In this document: piece after piece, positions 27,668 through 38,170 of the stretch | How the letters are laid out: every line of letters begins with the position of its first letter | How positions within the stretch are numbered: position 1 is the first letter of the stretch | NCBI GenBank assembly: GCA_964510025.1 | Contig: CAZDZV010000006.1 | Coordinates: 11,143 to 75,142 of the forward strand | Origin: an uncultured Methanosarcinales archaeon | GTDB taxonomy: Archaea > Nanobdellota > Nanobdellia > Woesearchaeales > DATDXC01 | Direction of reading: 5' to 3' | DNA: 64,000 nt | The notes under the pieces: generated by a model | Database searches by the model: none | What the model saw: only the letters and a program-made list of their open reading frames with translations | What the model was told of the DNA's origin: nothing | Made by a program: the position numbers and the translations under genes

Positions 27668-28598
27668 TATGAATGAACCTAAGCCTTTTCTCTCAATCGT
27701 GACACCAACATTGGGAAGATTTTCAGAATATTGGCTAGAATCATTGCTGTCAATTGAAGGGGATGTTGAGTTTATCTTGGCATATCCACCACATTCCGAT
27801 ACCCTTACGATAAACGACCTTAGACTAAAGGTCATTATTAGCGATTTTATTGGGGAGGTCATGCAAAGAGCAGCTGGATTAAGGCATGCGAAAGGAAAAT
27901 ATGTTTTAGCATTGGATGACGATGATTATGTGCACCCCAATATAGTTGAATTGGCTAAGGATTATTTTGATAAATATCCCGGAAGCTGGCTTTTTAGGTT
28001 GCAGAAACATGGTATCGATTACAAGAATATGCAGGATATTCGAGCCCCGTGGAAACCTGTCAAAAAAGTCGAGAAGATGAAGCTCTTAGAAATACCCATT
28101 GCTCCCCTAAGAAAAAGGTTTGAACCGATGGCTTTATGGCCCCAGTATAGAAGAAAAGACCATCATGGCATTCATTCAGAAAATTTCGTAGATAGGATAT
28201 GGAGAAACGATTTGGTACAGCCTGCAGTAGATGATTTTTTTGACTGTTTGAAAATTTTTGGACAGGTCAGATATATCCCCCCGAAAAATTCATATGGATT
28301 TGACAGAGTTATGTCCCTTTTTCTGCAGGCCAAATACTTTGAGCCTGGAATAAAAATAGGGCATTGGATTAAAGATTCAGAAGCACAGATAAGAAAAGTA
28401 CATATGCCAAATGAGTTAAAGCCTGCTAGATTCCACTTTCTTTCCCATTTAGTTTTAGTGAAGAAATTTCCCCGATACGGCTACCTTTGGAACTTATTTT
28501 TTGAGACATTTTGGGATATACCCCGAAAAATTGGGAAGGCATTAAAGATCAGACAGCGGCAGAATCATAAACTGGGTAAGACGATTAAAATGAGGTAG
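27648..28598 (+). CDS. GT2-like glycosyltransferase
   Basis: LSIVTPTLGRF...LALDDDDYV. Confidence 0.55.
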   Translation: MIFTTDNMNEPKPFLSIVTPTLGRFSEYWLESLLSIEGDVEFILAYPPHSDTLTINDLRLKVIISDFIGEVMQRAAGLRHAKGKYVLALDDDDYVHPNIVELAKDYFDKYPGSWLFRLQKHGIDYKNMQDIRAPWKPVKKVEKMKLLEIPIAPLRKRFEPMALWPQYRRKDHHGIHSENFVDRIWRNDLVQPAVDDFFDCLKIFGQVRYIPPKNSYGFDRVMSLFLQAKYFEPGIKIGHWIKDSEAQIRKVHMPNELKPARFHFLSHLVLVKKFPRYGYLWNLFFETFWDIPRKIGKALKIRQRQNHKLGKTIKMR

Positions 28599-28612
28599 TC
28601 TGCAAGAAGAAA

Positions 28613-29476
28613 TTGGCTAACGAAACATATATTTCCGTGATTGTCCCCGTATATAACGGAGAGAAGACCATTGAGAGATGTTTATGCTCACTTGCAAATC
28701 AGCGCTATCCTAAAAAAAGATATGAAGTGATAATAGTCGACAATAATTCCACTGATGATACAAAAAAAATAATTGAGAAATATCCAGCTAAATATTTGTG
28801 TGAAAAAAAAAGAGGTTCTTATGCTGCAAGAAATAAAGGTATTAGATATGCTAAAGGCAGAATCTTGGCATTTACTGATGCAGACTGCATGGCTCATGTG
28901 AATTGGATAGCAGATGCTGTTAGGGAATTTTCAGACAAAAAAACCGGATGCGTCGCCGGAAGGATAGGTGCAGGTCAAAGAAATAGCCATATAGAAAGGT
29001 ATATTGCTAAAAAGAAGCTGCTTATACAAAAGAAAGAACCATGCGGTCTGCCGCTCCCCTATGCAAAGACAGCAAACGCTTTTTATAGAAAAGAAGTTTT
29101 TGACAAGATAGGATTGTTTGAAGAATGGATTTCCGGAGGAGATGCTGATCTCTGCTGGAGGATGCAGAAGAAAACAGAATATGGGCTGAAGTTTTCGCGT
29201 GCGCTAGTTATACATAAACATAGGACCTCAACAGCAGGATTGTTTAAGCAGTGCTTTAAGTGGGGTATAGGCAATGCCTTCTTGAAAAAAAAATACCGAG
29301 AAATGCCGCAAATATCATTTAGGGGCCGTTTGTGGATTATTTGCCGGATCCTCTTCGGTTTGCCCATGCTTTTTTATCTGATCCTAAAAAAGGACTCATC
29401 TGACAGATTATTTGATAGGCTAGCATTTATTGGATGGCATTTAGGAATGTTTATCGGATTTATAAAAAAAAGATGA
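28613..29476 (+). CDS. Glycosyltransferase family 2
   Basis: ISVIVPVYNGEKTIERCL..NQRYP..YEVIIVDNNSTDDT, DAD. Confidence 0.8.
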   Translation: MANETYISVIVPVYNGEKTIERCLCSLANQRYPKKRYEVIIVDNNSTDDTKKIIEKYPAKYLCEKKRGSYAARNKGIRYAKGRILAFTDADCMAHVNWIADAVREFSDKKTGCVAGRIGAGQRNSHIERYIAKKKLLIQKKEPCGLPLPYAKTANAFYRKEVFDKIGLFEEWISGGDADLCWRMQKKTEYGLKFSRALVIHKHRTSTAGLFKQCFKWGIGNAFLKKKYREMPQISFRGRLWIICRILFGLPMLFYLILKKDSSDRLFDRLAFIGWHLGMFIGFIKKR

Positions 29477-30303
29477 AAGGTCCAGATTTCATTGTCTTAG
29501 GAGCGGCAAAAGCAGGAACTACCTCTCTTTATCATTACTTAAAGCAGCATCCGGCAATTTTTATTCCAAGTAAAAAGGAATTAAGATTTTTTACTAACAG
29601 GACAGCTGATATTGACGAATATCTGAGGTTTTTCGTGGAGAAATCTGATAAAGTAGCCGGGGAAGTTTCAAGTGATTACTTGTATTCCGGACCCGATACT
29701 GCTAAAAGGATAAAGAAATATTTTCCAGGTGTAAAGCTTATAGCTATACTGCGAAATCCTATTGATAGGGCATATTCAGAATATTGTATGGATCTAAGAC
29801 TTGGAAAAGTCACAGGAAGTTTTGCTGATGAGTTGGGGGGGAAATTCAAAACAAGGTATCTTAATCAGGGATTTTATCATAAGCAGATAAAAAGATATTT
29901 AAAAATATTTGATGAGAAACAATTTAGGGTTTGGCTTTATGATGACCTGTGCCAGGATCCTATGAAGCTATTACAGGAAATTTTTAAATATATCCGTGTA
30001 GATACTAACTTTATACCCAATATCAAAATAAAACATAATAAAGGGGCTGTACCAAAAAATATTTTTGTTCAGGTTTTAGTCCAAAGACCTAATATATTAA
30101 GAAAAGTATTTAGAAATTTTTCAGCACTATTTTTTCCTTTACATATTAGACAAAGAATTCGTAATAGTATAATAAATCACAATTTAAGGAAAATTCTTCC
30201 TATGGATTCAGACATAAGAAGGTCTTTATTAGAGTTTTATAGATCTGACATAATTAAGTTACAGACCCTAATGAATCGTGATTTGTCTTCATGGTTGCGC
30301 TAA
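29473..30303 (+). CDS. Sulfotransferase 2 (PAPS-dependent type)
   Basis: 5'-PSB GAAKAGTTSL and 3'-PB ILRNPIDRAYSEY. Start at MKGPDF gives an ATGA overlap; the ORF track opens at 29434. Confidence 0.7.
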   Translation: MKGPDFIVLGAAKAGTTSLYHYLKQHPAIFIPSKKELRFFTNRTADIDEYLRFFVEKSDKVAGEVSSDYLYSGPDTAKRIKKYFPGVKLIAILRNPIDRAYSEYCMDLRLGKVTGSFADELGGKFKTRYLNQGFYHKQIKRYLKIFDEKQFRVWLYDDLCQDPMKLLQEIFKYIRVDTNFIPNIKIKHNKGAVPKNIFVQVLVQRPNILRKVFRNFSALFFPLHIRQRIRNSIINHNLRKILPMDSDIRRSLLEFYRSDIIKLQTLMNRDLSSWLR

Positions 30304-30309
30304 CATAAT

Positions 30310-31218
30310 ATGCAAATCCAAATATCTGCCATAGTATGTACATATAACAGAAGCAATTATCTTAAGAGAACTTTGAAAAGCTTGATTAAACAGAGTTTAG
30401 ATAACCAGGTGTATGAAATAATTGTGGTAGATAACGCATCAACAGATAATACTAAGAAGATGGTTTCAGAATATTCAAGAATTAATTTTAAATACAGCTA
30501 TGAGAGCAAATTGGCTTTATCTATTGCTAGAAATACAGGTTTAGAAAAAGCAAAAGGTAAATATGTTGCATATATCGACGATGATGCAATAGCTGATGAA
30601 TATTGGTTACAGAATATTCTAAGTTCTTTTAAAAAAGAGAAGAATGTTGGCTGTATCGGAGGGAGGGTAAAACCAATTTGGGAAAGCAAAAAACCAGTAT
30701 GGTTGGATTACAACCTATACCCTTTTCTCAGCTTGCTGGATAAGGGAAAGAAAAGATATATCTTTTCGGAATCTGAGTGGTTCTCCGGGACCAATATGGC
30801 TTTCAGAAAGGATTTGTTAAGAAAAATAGGGGGGTTTCCCGTACATCTCGGTAGAAAAGGCAATTATCTTTTGTCCGGGGAAGAGGTTTATGTCAAGCAG
30901 AAAATCGAGAACCTAGGCTACTTAGCCCTCTATAATCCAGAAGCTCTTGTGCATCACAGTATACCTGGCAGTAGGCTTGCAAAGCAGTGGTTTATTGGAA
31001 GGTTGTTTTGGCAAGGCGTTACCAATGCCGTAATGGAGCCAAAAAAACCTTTTTTGCACCAGCTAAGATCGGGAATCGCTATGTCCCTGCCCGTTTTCTT
31101 CAACCTAGATTCACTTTCTGCCTTGTTCGACAGTTCAGATGATCCAAAGCTTTTCTATGAGAAATGCAGGGTGATTGGCAGATTTGGCTATAGCATGAAG
31201 ATGCTAAGATTGATATGA
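30310..31218 (+). CDS. Glycosyltransferase family 2
   Basis: ISAIVCTYNRSNYL...YEIIVVDNASTDNT, DDD. Confidence 0.8.
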   Translation: MQIQISAIVCTYNRSNYLKRTLKSLIKQSLDNQVYEIIVVDNASTDNTKKMVSEYSRINFKYSYESKLALSIARNTGLEKAKGKYVAYIDDDAIADEYWLQNILSSFKKEKNVGCIGGRVKPIWESKKPVWLDYNLYPFLSLLDKGKKRYIFSESEWFSGTNMAFRKDLLRKIGGFPVHLGRKGNYLLSGEEVYVKQKIENLGYLALYNPEALVHHSIPGSRLAKQWFIGRLFWQGVTNAVMEPKKPFLHQLRSGIAMSLPVFFNLDSLSALFDSSDDPKLFYEKCRVIGRFGYSMKMLRLI

Positions 31219-32231
31219 AAATCGCGTATCTATCAGACAACTGGCCATGGTTTGGTAGATATAGCTCATATTCTCGATTAATTCACTATATTAAGAAGCT
31301 TTCAGATGTTGATGTTGTAGAGACAAAATACACTTTACCCAGGAAGGTCATGGGAAAGATTTATTCTACTGTCCAGGGCGTCGGCAGAAAAGACTCAGTG
31401 TTTGCTGCATCTGAATTTCTGTTCAGGAAAAAAATAAACAGGGGACTGGCCCATGTCCTGTATTACGATACGCATTATCCGATGTGGAAAAAAGAGCTGA
31501 AAAATGTTGTTACCACCATACATCATCCGCCAGACAGGATGCTTCCGGCCCTTATGAAGATGAATCTTAGAAATGTTTCCAAAGCCATCGTACTATCTAG
31601 AAAAAATATTGAATTCTACAAAGAAGCTGTGGGTGAAAATAATGTTGTATTCATCCCTCATGGTGTAGACACTGAATTTTTCAGCCCTGCTGAAACCTGC
31701 GATGAACAAAGAATGCTTTTCGTAGGTCAAAATGGAAGGAATACTGTAATGTTTTCAAAAGTTGTAAAAAAATTGCTCAGACATAATCCTGATTTGATAT
31801 TTGATTTGCTAGTAGTAAAAGACAAGAGGACTGTCTCAGGATTGAAAGAACTTAGGCACCTTCCTAATGTTAACTGGCTTTCTACTAAGAGCAGCGAAGA
31901 GCTTAGAGATATTTACCAGAGAAGTTATCTGTTAGTGATGCCAATGGAAAGCTGCTCAGCCAACAACGCTATTGTTGAGTCTTTGGCATGCGGGCTGCCT
32001 GTAGTGACAACTGATGTTGGTGGTATCAGGGATTATGGTGGAGGAACTGTCTATAAGACAGCAGATAATGTTCAGGAGACTGTTGAACTTGTAGAAAAGT
32101 ATTTGGAAGATAGATCATTTCGGGATAAGATCGCAAAAGACTGCAGGTATTTTGCAGTTGAAATTCTGGATTGGAAGAAAATTGCAATATTGCATATGGA
32201 TTTTTACATTCAGATGGCCTATGAAAAATAG
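31215..32231 (+). CDS. Glycosyltransferase family 4
   Basis: ESLACGLPVVTTDVGGIRDY. Confidence 0.7.
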   Translation: MKIAYLSDNWPWFGRYSSYSRLIHYIKKLSDVDVVETKYTLPRKVMGKIYSTVQGVGRKDSVFAASEFLFRKKINRGLAHVLYYDTHYPMWKKELKNVVTTIHHPPDRMLPALMKMNLRNVSKAIVLSRKNIEFYKEAVGENNVVFIPHGVDTEFFSPAETCDEQRMLFVGQNGRNTVMFSKVVKKLLRHNPDLIFDLLVVKDKRTVSGLKELRHLPNVNWLSTKSSEELRDIYQRSYLLVMPMESCSANNAIVESLACGLPVVTTDVGGIRDYGGGTVYKTADNVQETVELVEKYLEDRSFRDKIAKDCRYFAVEILDWKKIAILHMDFYIQMAYEK

Positions 32232-33129
32232 TCTTGAAAAGAAAAAACCACTGGCGACAGTTATTGTACCCACATACAACCATGCCTGTTTCATCGAAGA
32301 TGCACTGGATAGCCTGCTGAATCAGAGCTATGAAGAAATTCAGATAATTGTCGTGGATGATGGCTCAACAGACCAGACAAGCAAGATTTTGACAAAATAC
32401 AAAAAAGACATTAAATATGTTTATCAAAAGAATTCAGGCCAGGCCGCTGCAATCAAAAAAGGCATAGGGTTGGCAAAAGGCACATATATCTTCATCTTAA
32501 ATGCTGATGATATGTTCATGGCAAATAAGATTGGCAAAGTTGTTTCAGTATTCGAATCCTGCCCGACGGTAACGCATGTCTCGCATCCTGTCCTGGAATG
32601 GGATGGAACATCTAGAAAAATAGAGCCTATACCCAGCCAGATATTGAATAAAGTAATCGATGGAAAAAGACTGTTAGAGTATTTTTACCTGAACAGGTTC
32701 TACGGCGGTGGATCTACCGTAGCTGGCAGAGCATCTATCTGGAAAGAAATCCATATTCCAAGGCAGGTTGATATGTTCATTGATGAATATCTGGCCATCT
32801 CATCTTTAAGAACCGGTTCAGGCTATTTTATAGGTACACCCCTCTCCATATACCGGATTCATGATTCCAACTATTCCAGAATCCCAATAGCCAGGAAGGC
32901 TCTAAGAAATATGAAGGCAAATAAGGCCATACTGGATCAGCTGGACGGTGAGATAAAAATAATGTATGAACTAAAAACAAGGATAGCATATCTGAAATAT
33001 AAGGAGATTATATGCAAAAAAGAGCTCGCGGATGTGATCTCTTTGTGGCAATTTCTATTTAGGCATAAGAGCCTGATGAGATGGAAGACAATCAAAAATT
33101 ATCGGATCCTGCATAGAACAGTCCTATGA
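32221..33129 (+). CDS. Glycosyltransferase family 2 (start at MKNSL; the ORF track opens at 32152)
   Basis: LATVIVPTYNHACFIEDALDSLLNQSYEEIQIIVVDDGSTDQT. Confidence 0.75.
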   Translation: MKNSLEKKKPLATVIVPTYNHACFIEDALDSLLNQSYEEIQIIVVDDGSTDQTSKILTKYKKDIKYVYQKNSGQAAAIKKGIGLAKGTYIFILNADDMFMANKIGKVVSVFESCPTVTHVSHPVLEWDGTSRKIEPIPSQILNKVIDGKRLLEYFYLNRFYGGGSTVAGRASIWKEIHIPRQVDMFIDEYLAISSLRTGSGYFIGTPLSIYRIHDSNYSRIPIARKALRNMKANKAILDQLDGEIKIMYELKTRIAYLKYKEIICKKELADVISLWQFLFRHKSLMRWKTIKNYRILHRTVL

Positions 33130-34034
33130 AAACCAGTGTAATCATCCCTAGCTATAGAAGACCGGCATGCCTGCAAAAATGCTTAAACGCATTGGAGAAC
33201 CAGTCAGTTGCGCCGGAAGAAATAATTGTGGTTCTCAGAAAAAATGATATAGAGACTGTCAGCATGGTAAAAAGAGAGAATTGCAGGGCTATTTATGTAA
33301 ATAGTCCTGGGCAGGTAGCTGCACTCAACACTGGATTAGATAATGCCTTAGGCGACATAATAGCGATTACAGACGATGATGCTGTACCCCACAAGGATTG
33401 GATTAAACTGATTGAAAGGCACTTTAGAAATGACAATGATTTGGCTGGACTCGGGGGGAAGGACAATCTTTACATCGATTACAGGTTGTTGAGGGGTAAA
33501 AAAAGGCTGGTTGGAAAGATCCGATGGTTTGGAAGCATAGTGGGAAATCACCATCTGGGATACGGGCGACCCAGGGAGGTGGACCATCTTAAAGGCGTCA
33601 ATATGAGTTTCCGCAAGGAAGCTATCAAAGATTTACGCTTCGATAAGCGGTTAAGGGGGCTGGGTGCCCAGGTTAGAAATGACACTGCCTTCTGCTTACA
33701 GCTCAAGAGAAAAGGCGCCAAGCTGGTATATGACCCAGAAGTTGTCGCTGACCATTTTCAGGCACCTAGATTTGAGAGGGATAAACGTGGAAATTTTGAC
33801 TATAGTGCTGTATTAGACGGTGCTTTTAACGAGACTCTTGTTCTATTAGAGTACCTCCCTTTCTTTGGAAAGATCTGCCACCTTTTTTTTGCCTTACTTA
33901 CGGGGAATATCTTCACCCCGGGCCTGATCCAGTTCATCCGAATCCTGCCAAGAGAAAAAAAAGATGCTGTTCATAGGTTTTTGGCTTCTTTGGAAGGCAG
34001 AAAGAAAGCCATTCTATTAACATGGATAAAGTAG
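33126..34034 (+). CDS. GT2-like glycosyltransferase
   Basis: SVIIPSYRRPACL...EIIVV...ITDDDAVP. Confidence 0.6.
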   Translation: MKTSVIIPSYRRPACLQKCLNALENQSVAPEEIIVVLRKNDIETVSMVKRENCRAIYVNSPGQVAALNTGLDNALGDIIAITDDDAVPHKDWIKLIERHFRNDNDLAGLGGKDNLYIDYRLLRGKKRLVGKIRWFGSIVGNHHLGYGRPREVDHLKGVNMSFRKEAIKDLRFDKRLRGLGAQVRNDTAFCLQLKRKGAKLVYDPEVVADHFQAPRFERDKRGNFDYSAVLDGAFNETLVLLEYLPFFGKICHLFFALLTGNIFTPGLIQFIRILPREKKDAVHRFLASLEGRKKAILLTWIK

Positions 34035-35155
34035 CTTTCATAGTCAGCCACCCGATCCAGTATTTCTCTCCGCTATTTAGATTACTATCGAAAAAAATGG
34101 ACCTTACGGTCATTTATCTATCAGATGAAACATTGAAGACTTTCATGGATAAAGAATTTTCAGCAGCGATTAAGTGGGATATTCCTTTGTTAAAAGGGTA
34201 TAGGTACAAATTACTAAAAAATAATTCACCTGTCCATTCTGTTTCCAGGCCACCTTTTGGTTTATTAAATCTTGGGATTCTAAATGAGATAACCAATAAA
34301 AAATATGATTGCATAATAGTCCATGGGTGGCATTATGTAAGCCATTGGTTAGTCTACATCCTATGTATCCTTAGGCAGCTGCCTTTCTATATTAGGTCTG
34401 AATCTCCCCTAAACCAGGAAAAAACAAAGCCTGATTGGAAGATTTACATCAAAAAAATTTTACTTGGATATTTATTTCGTAGGGCAGCTGGTCTTCTGGC
34501 GATTGGAACTCAAAACAGGAGATTCTATGGGTTCTATGGGGTAGAAAATAAAAAAATCTTTTATGCACCTTATTCTGTCGATAATGATAGGCTTATGCCA
34601 AAAAAACGTAAAACTAAAAAAGACAAAATAGTAATCTTGTTTGTTGGGAAGCTTATAGAGAAAAAAAGGCCTATGGATCTGTTGCAGGCCTTTGAAAGGA
34701 TAAGTTATGAAACAAAAGCCCTGTATTTTGTAGGCGAAGGAAAAATGAAGAGACAGCTGCAAAAATATACGAAAAAAAATCATCTAAAAAACGTATTTTT
34801 CCCTGGATTTGTAAATCAGACAGCCCTCCCAGACTATTATAATATGGCGGATATATTTGTGCTTCCGTCTGGAATAGGAGAAACCTGGGGGCTGGTAGTA
34901 AACGAAGCAATGTGTTTTGGCCTCCCAGTTATAGTATCGGATATTTCAGGATGCAGCACAGATTTGGTAAAACAAGGCAAAAATGGCTACATATTTAAAA
35001 CAGGAGATATAGGACAATTGTCACGATATTTGAACATGCTTATAAAAAATAAGAAACTAAGAAACCAGATGGGATCTAGGTCTCTCAAAATCATAGGTCA
35101 ATTTAGCTGCAAAGCAGCAGCCGAAGGGATTGCTAAGGCTGTCAAGAGAAAATGA
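34022..35155 (+). CDS. Glycosyltransferase family 4
   Basis: GETWGLVVNEAMCFGLPVIVSDISG. Confidence 0.75.
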   Translation: MDKVAFIVSHPIQYFSPLFRLLSKKMDLTVIYLSDETLKTFMDKEFSAAIKWDIPLLKGYRYKLLKNNSPVHSVSRPPFGLLNLGILNEITNKKYDCIIVHGWHYVSHWLVYILCILRQLPFYIRSESPLNQEKTKPDWKIYIKKILLGYLFRRAAGLLAIGTQNRRFYGFYGVENKKIFYAPYSVDNDRLMPKKRKTKKDKIVILFVGKLIEKKRPMDLLQAFERISYETKALYFVGEGKMKRQLQKYTKKNHLKNVFFPGFVNQTALPDYYNMADIFVLPSGIGETWGLVVNEAMCFGLPVIVSDISGCSTDLVKQGKNGYIFKTGDIGQLSRYLNMLIKNKKLRNQMGSRSLKIIGQFSCKAAAEGIAKAVKRK

Positions 35156-36963
35156 AGCCATTTTTAAAAATAAGGAAAATTTTAGGACTTTTCAGAAAAC
35201 TCGAAATCCGCTTAGTTTACTTTGCGATCCCTATAGTTCTTTCGTTTCTAATAGCATTTTTTGAAGGCCTAAGCATCGGACTGCTAATACCCTTGGCTAA
35301 AGGGATTGTGGAGATGGAATTCAGTTTTGTGAGAAACCTTCCTTTTTTTAAGACAATCAATGACCTTTTCCCCCAGTTGCTAGCGCATAATAGGGCGATC
35401 TTTGTGACTCTTGTACTGATCATATTCATCTCAGCAGTCTTAAAAAATGTCTTCACCTATCTATCTTCCGTCATAGTAAGATATCAAATACGGCAAGCTG
35501 CGCATAAAGCAAGAAAGCACATATTCAATAGATATCTAAGTTTTGGCAAGCTTTTTTATGACAGGAATAATGAGGGCCATCTGCAAAGCATACTGCTCAG
35601 CTATACAAACTCGATCATAGGTCAGCTAGGCTCTATCTCCCACCTCATGAACGGCTCCGCTATGCTTCTTGTGTATTTTATTATGATGTTTTCCATATCC
35701 TGGAGATTGACTGTATTCATTCTGCTGATATTTCCGGTCCTGAACCTATCACTGAAATATCTGATTGCGAAGATAAAGAAAACCTCAAAGTTCTCGGCAG
35801 ATGCTAGGAAGAGGATGAACAGGGCAGTCTTCAACGTGCTTTCGTCTATACCGATTATAAAGGCATATACGAAAGAGGAGGAGGAAAAGAAGAACTTTGA
35901 CAAAATGAGCGAAGAAATGTCAAAATGGGACTTCAGTATGGATAAAAAATACGACCTGATAGGGCCAATGCAGGAAGTTATAACCTTGATAGCAGTACTG
36001 TTGGTAATCTCAGCCATGGCCTTCTTGTTTATAAAAACTAAGACAGGTGATATCTACGGGTTTGCCGTATTTTTTTATCTGTTGAAGAAATCCATGGGCA
36101 CGTTTGGTATCTTTAACAGCTTCAAGGGATCATTGGCAAAAGCCTCCGGACAGGTGCAAGAAATAATGCATATTCTCAGTGAGAAGAATAAGCATTATGT
36201 AAAAGGAGGAAGAAAAGAATTCAATGGATTGGAATCAGAGATTAAGCTGAGTAGGCTAAGCTTCCATTATGACTCAAAAGTTCCCATAATCAAGGACATA
36301 TCCTTCTCTATCAGAAAAGGAAAGATGACGGCTATTGTAGGGCCAACTGGCTCAGGTAAGACAACAATAATCAATCTTCTTCTGAGATTTTATGAATGCC
36401 CTGAAGGTTCTATATTTGTAGATGGGCGGGATATCAAGGAGTTCACGTTAAAATCGATAAGAAAGCATATGGCCCTTGTCAGCCAGGATACTATGCTTTT
36501 CAATGATACATTGAGAAAAAATATGACCTACGGAATAGACAGACAGGTGTCTCAGCAGGAGTTGGCTAGGATAGCAAAAAAGGCCCGGATCTATGACTAC
36601 ATCAAGAAGCTTCCGCGTGGCTTTGAAACGGTTATAGGTGATAGGGGAGTGCAGCTTTCTGGAGGTGAAAAGCAGAGGATATCGATTGCAAGAGCCCTCT
36701 TGAAGAACGCCGATATATTGATACTAGATGAAGCCACAAGCTCCCTGGACTCCAGAACAGAAAAGCTCATTCAGGAAGCTATCTACGAAGCTGTGAAGGG
36801 GAGAACCTCTATAGTCATCGCACACCGGCTTTCGACTATAAAGAACGCTGACAAGATTATCATCATTGAGAAAGGCAAGATAATTGAAAAAGGAAAACCC
36901 AAGGAACTGCTTGGAAAAAAAGGCAGATTCTATCAATATTGGCAGGAGCAGAAGTTTGAATAA
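35152..36963 (+). CDS. ABC exporter, fused permease-ATPase (MsbA/type I exporter-like): putative glycan/lipid-linked oligosaccharide exporter
   Basis: 6 TM helices, then Walker A GPTGSGKTT, signature LSGGEKQRISIARAL, Walker B ILILDEATS. Confidence 0.85.
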   Translation: MKPFLKIRKILGLFRKLEIRLVYFAIPIVLSFLIAFFEGLSIGLLIPLAKGIVEMEFSFVRNLPFFKTINDLFPQLLAHNRAIFVTLVLIIFISAVLKNVFTYLSSVIVRYQIRQAAHKARKHIFNRYLSFGKLFYDRNNEGHLQSILLSYTNSIIGQLGSISHLMNGSAMLLVYFIMMFSISWRLTVFILLIFPVLNLSLKYLIAKIKKTSKFSADARKRMNRAVFNVLSSIPIIKAYTKEEEEKKNFDKMSEEMSKWDFSMDKKYDLIGPMQEVITLIAVLLVISAMAFLFIKTKTGDIYGFAVFFYLLKKSMGTFGIFNSFKGSLAKASGQVQEIMHILSEKNKHYVKGGRKEFNGLESEIKLSRLSFHYDSKVPIIKDISFSIRKGKMTAIVGPTGSGKTTIINLLLRFYECPEGSIFVDGRDIKEFTLKSIRKHMALVSQDTMLFNDTLRKNMTYGIDRQVSQQELARIAKKARIYDYIKKLPRGFETVIGDRGVQLSGGEKQRISIARALLKNADILILDEATSSLDSRTEKLIQEAIYEAVKGRTSIVIAHRLSTIKNADKIIIIEKGKIIEKGKPKELLGKKGRFYQYWQEQKFE

Positions 36964-38053
36964 TAAATTAAGAGTTCTCTTGATAGGCAATTATGCTGCC
37001 AATAATCAAAAAAGCATGCAAAGATTTGCCACTATGATGAAAAAAGGGCTGGAAAAAAGAGGGCATTATGCTATTTTAGCTATACCTACAGCGATTTTTG
37101 GAAAATTTTTTGCAGATACCAATAAGGGGCTCGGTAAATGGCTAGCATATATTGATAAGTTTATTGTTTATCCCTTCTATTTGATCAGACAAGCGAAAAA
37201 ATTCGACCTTGTGCATATTTGCGACCATGGTAATTCCATCTACTCGTTATTTACCGGAAGAACGCCGTGTGTGGTTACCTGCCACGACACAATGGCTATC
37301 AGATGCGCTTTAGGAAAGATAAAAGAAAATAAGCTTCATTTAACTGGAAGAATATTCCAGAAGCTGATAGCCTTCGGCATAAAAAAATCTGACTATGTCG
37401 TATGCATATCAAAAAAAACCAAATCGGATCTGCTAAAAATACTACGTATAGACAGGATTAGCTTGGTTTATAATGGACAGGTGTTTAAGCCGATGCCAAA
37501 AAAAGTATCAAAAAGATATCTCAGGAAGCTTAAAGTCAATATCCCTTACTTTCTGCATGTAGGCAATAACAATTGGTATAAGAACCGGATCGGCGTTTTA
37601 AAGATATTTAGCGATCTAGAACTGCCAGGTTACGGCTTGGTGATGGTGGGCGCTTCTTTTTCAAGGGGCATGAAGGATTTTGTAGCTAAACATAATTTAC
37701 CTGTAAGAGAAATCACATCAGCTGACGATAATGAGCTGGGGGCATTGTATTCTAATGCTGAAGCGCTGATATTTCCGTCTCTGGAAGAAGGTTTTGGTTG
37801 GCCTATAATTGAGGCCCAGGCATGCGGATGTCCTGTCTTCACCACTGACAGAAATCCGATGAAAGAGGTTGCAGGAGATGGCGCTATATATTTTCAGAAT
37901 CCCGAGAGCCACAGACAATGTGCGGATATTATTATCAATAATTTGGCGAAAGCAAGGAATAAAATAAAAAAAGGTTTAGAAAACGCTGCAAGTTTCAAAC
38001 CGAGTTACATGATAGATGGTTATATCAAAATCTACAAGTCATTGAAAAAATGA
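36884..38053 (+). CDS. Glycosyltransferase family 4 (start ambiguous: the ATG at 36884 overlaps the ABC gene by 80 nt; a TTG/ATG further downstream is possible)
   Basis: LRVLLIGNY N-terminal strand; C-terminal EEGFGWPIIEAQACGCPVFTTD. Confidence 0.7.
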   Translation: MKKENPRNCLEKKADSINIGRSRSLNNKLRVLLIGNYAANNQKSMQRFATMMKKGLEKRGHYAILAIPTAIFGKFFADTNKGLGKWLAYIDKFIVYPFYLIRQAKKFDLVHICDHGNSIYSLFTGRTPCVVTCHDTMAIRCALGKIKENKLHLTGRIFQKLIAFGIKKSDYVVCISKKTKSDLLKILRIDRISLVYNGQVFKPMPKKVSKRYLRKLKVNIPYFLHVGNNNWYKNRIGVLKIFSDLELPGYGLVMVGASFSRGMKDFVAKHNLPVREITSADDNELGALYSNAEALIFPSLEEGFGWPIIEAQACGCPVFTTDRNPMKEVAGDGAIYFQNPESHRQCADIIINNLAKARNKIKKGLENAASFKPSYMIDGYIKIYKSLKK

Positions 38054-38170
38054 GGATTCTTTACATTGTCTAAATGAAGGATATAATAGCTCAAGCTACA
38101 ACAAGATGAAACTAAGTACGATACAAATTAAAGAAAGGATTGTAGGTTTGTTCAGTTTAGTAGGAACAAG

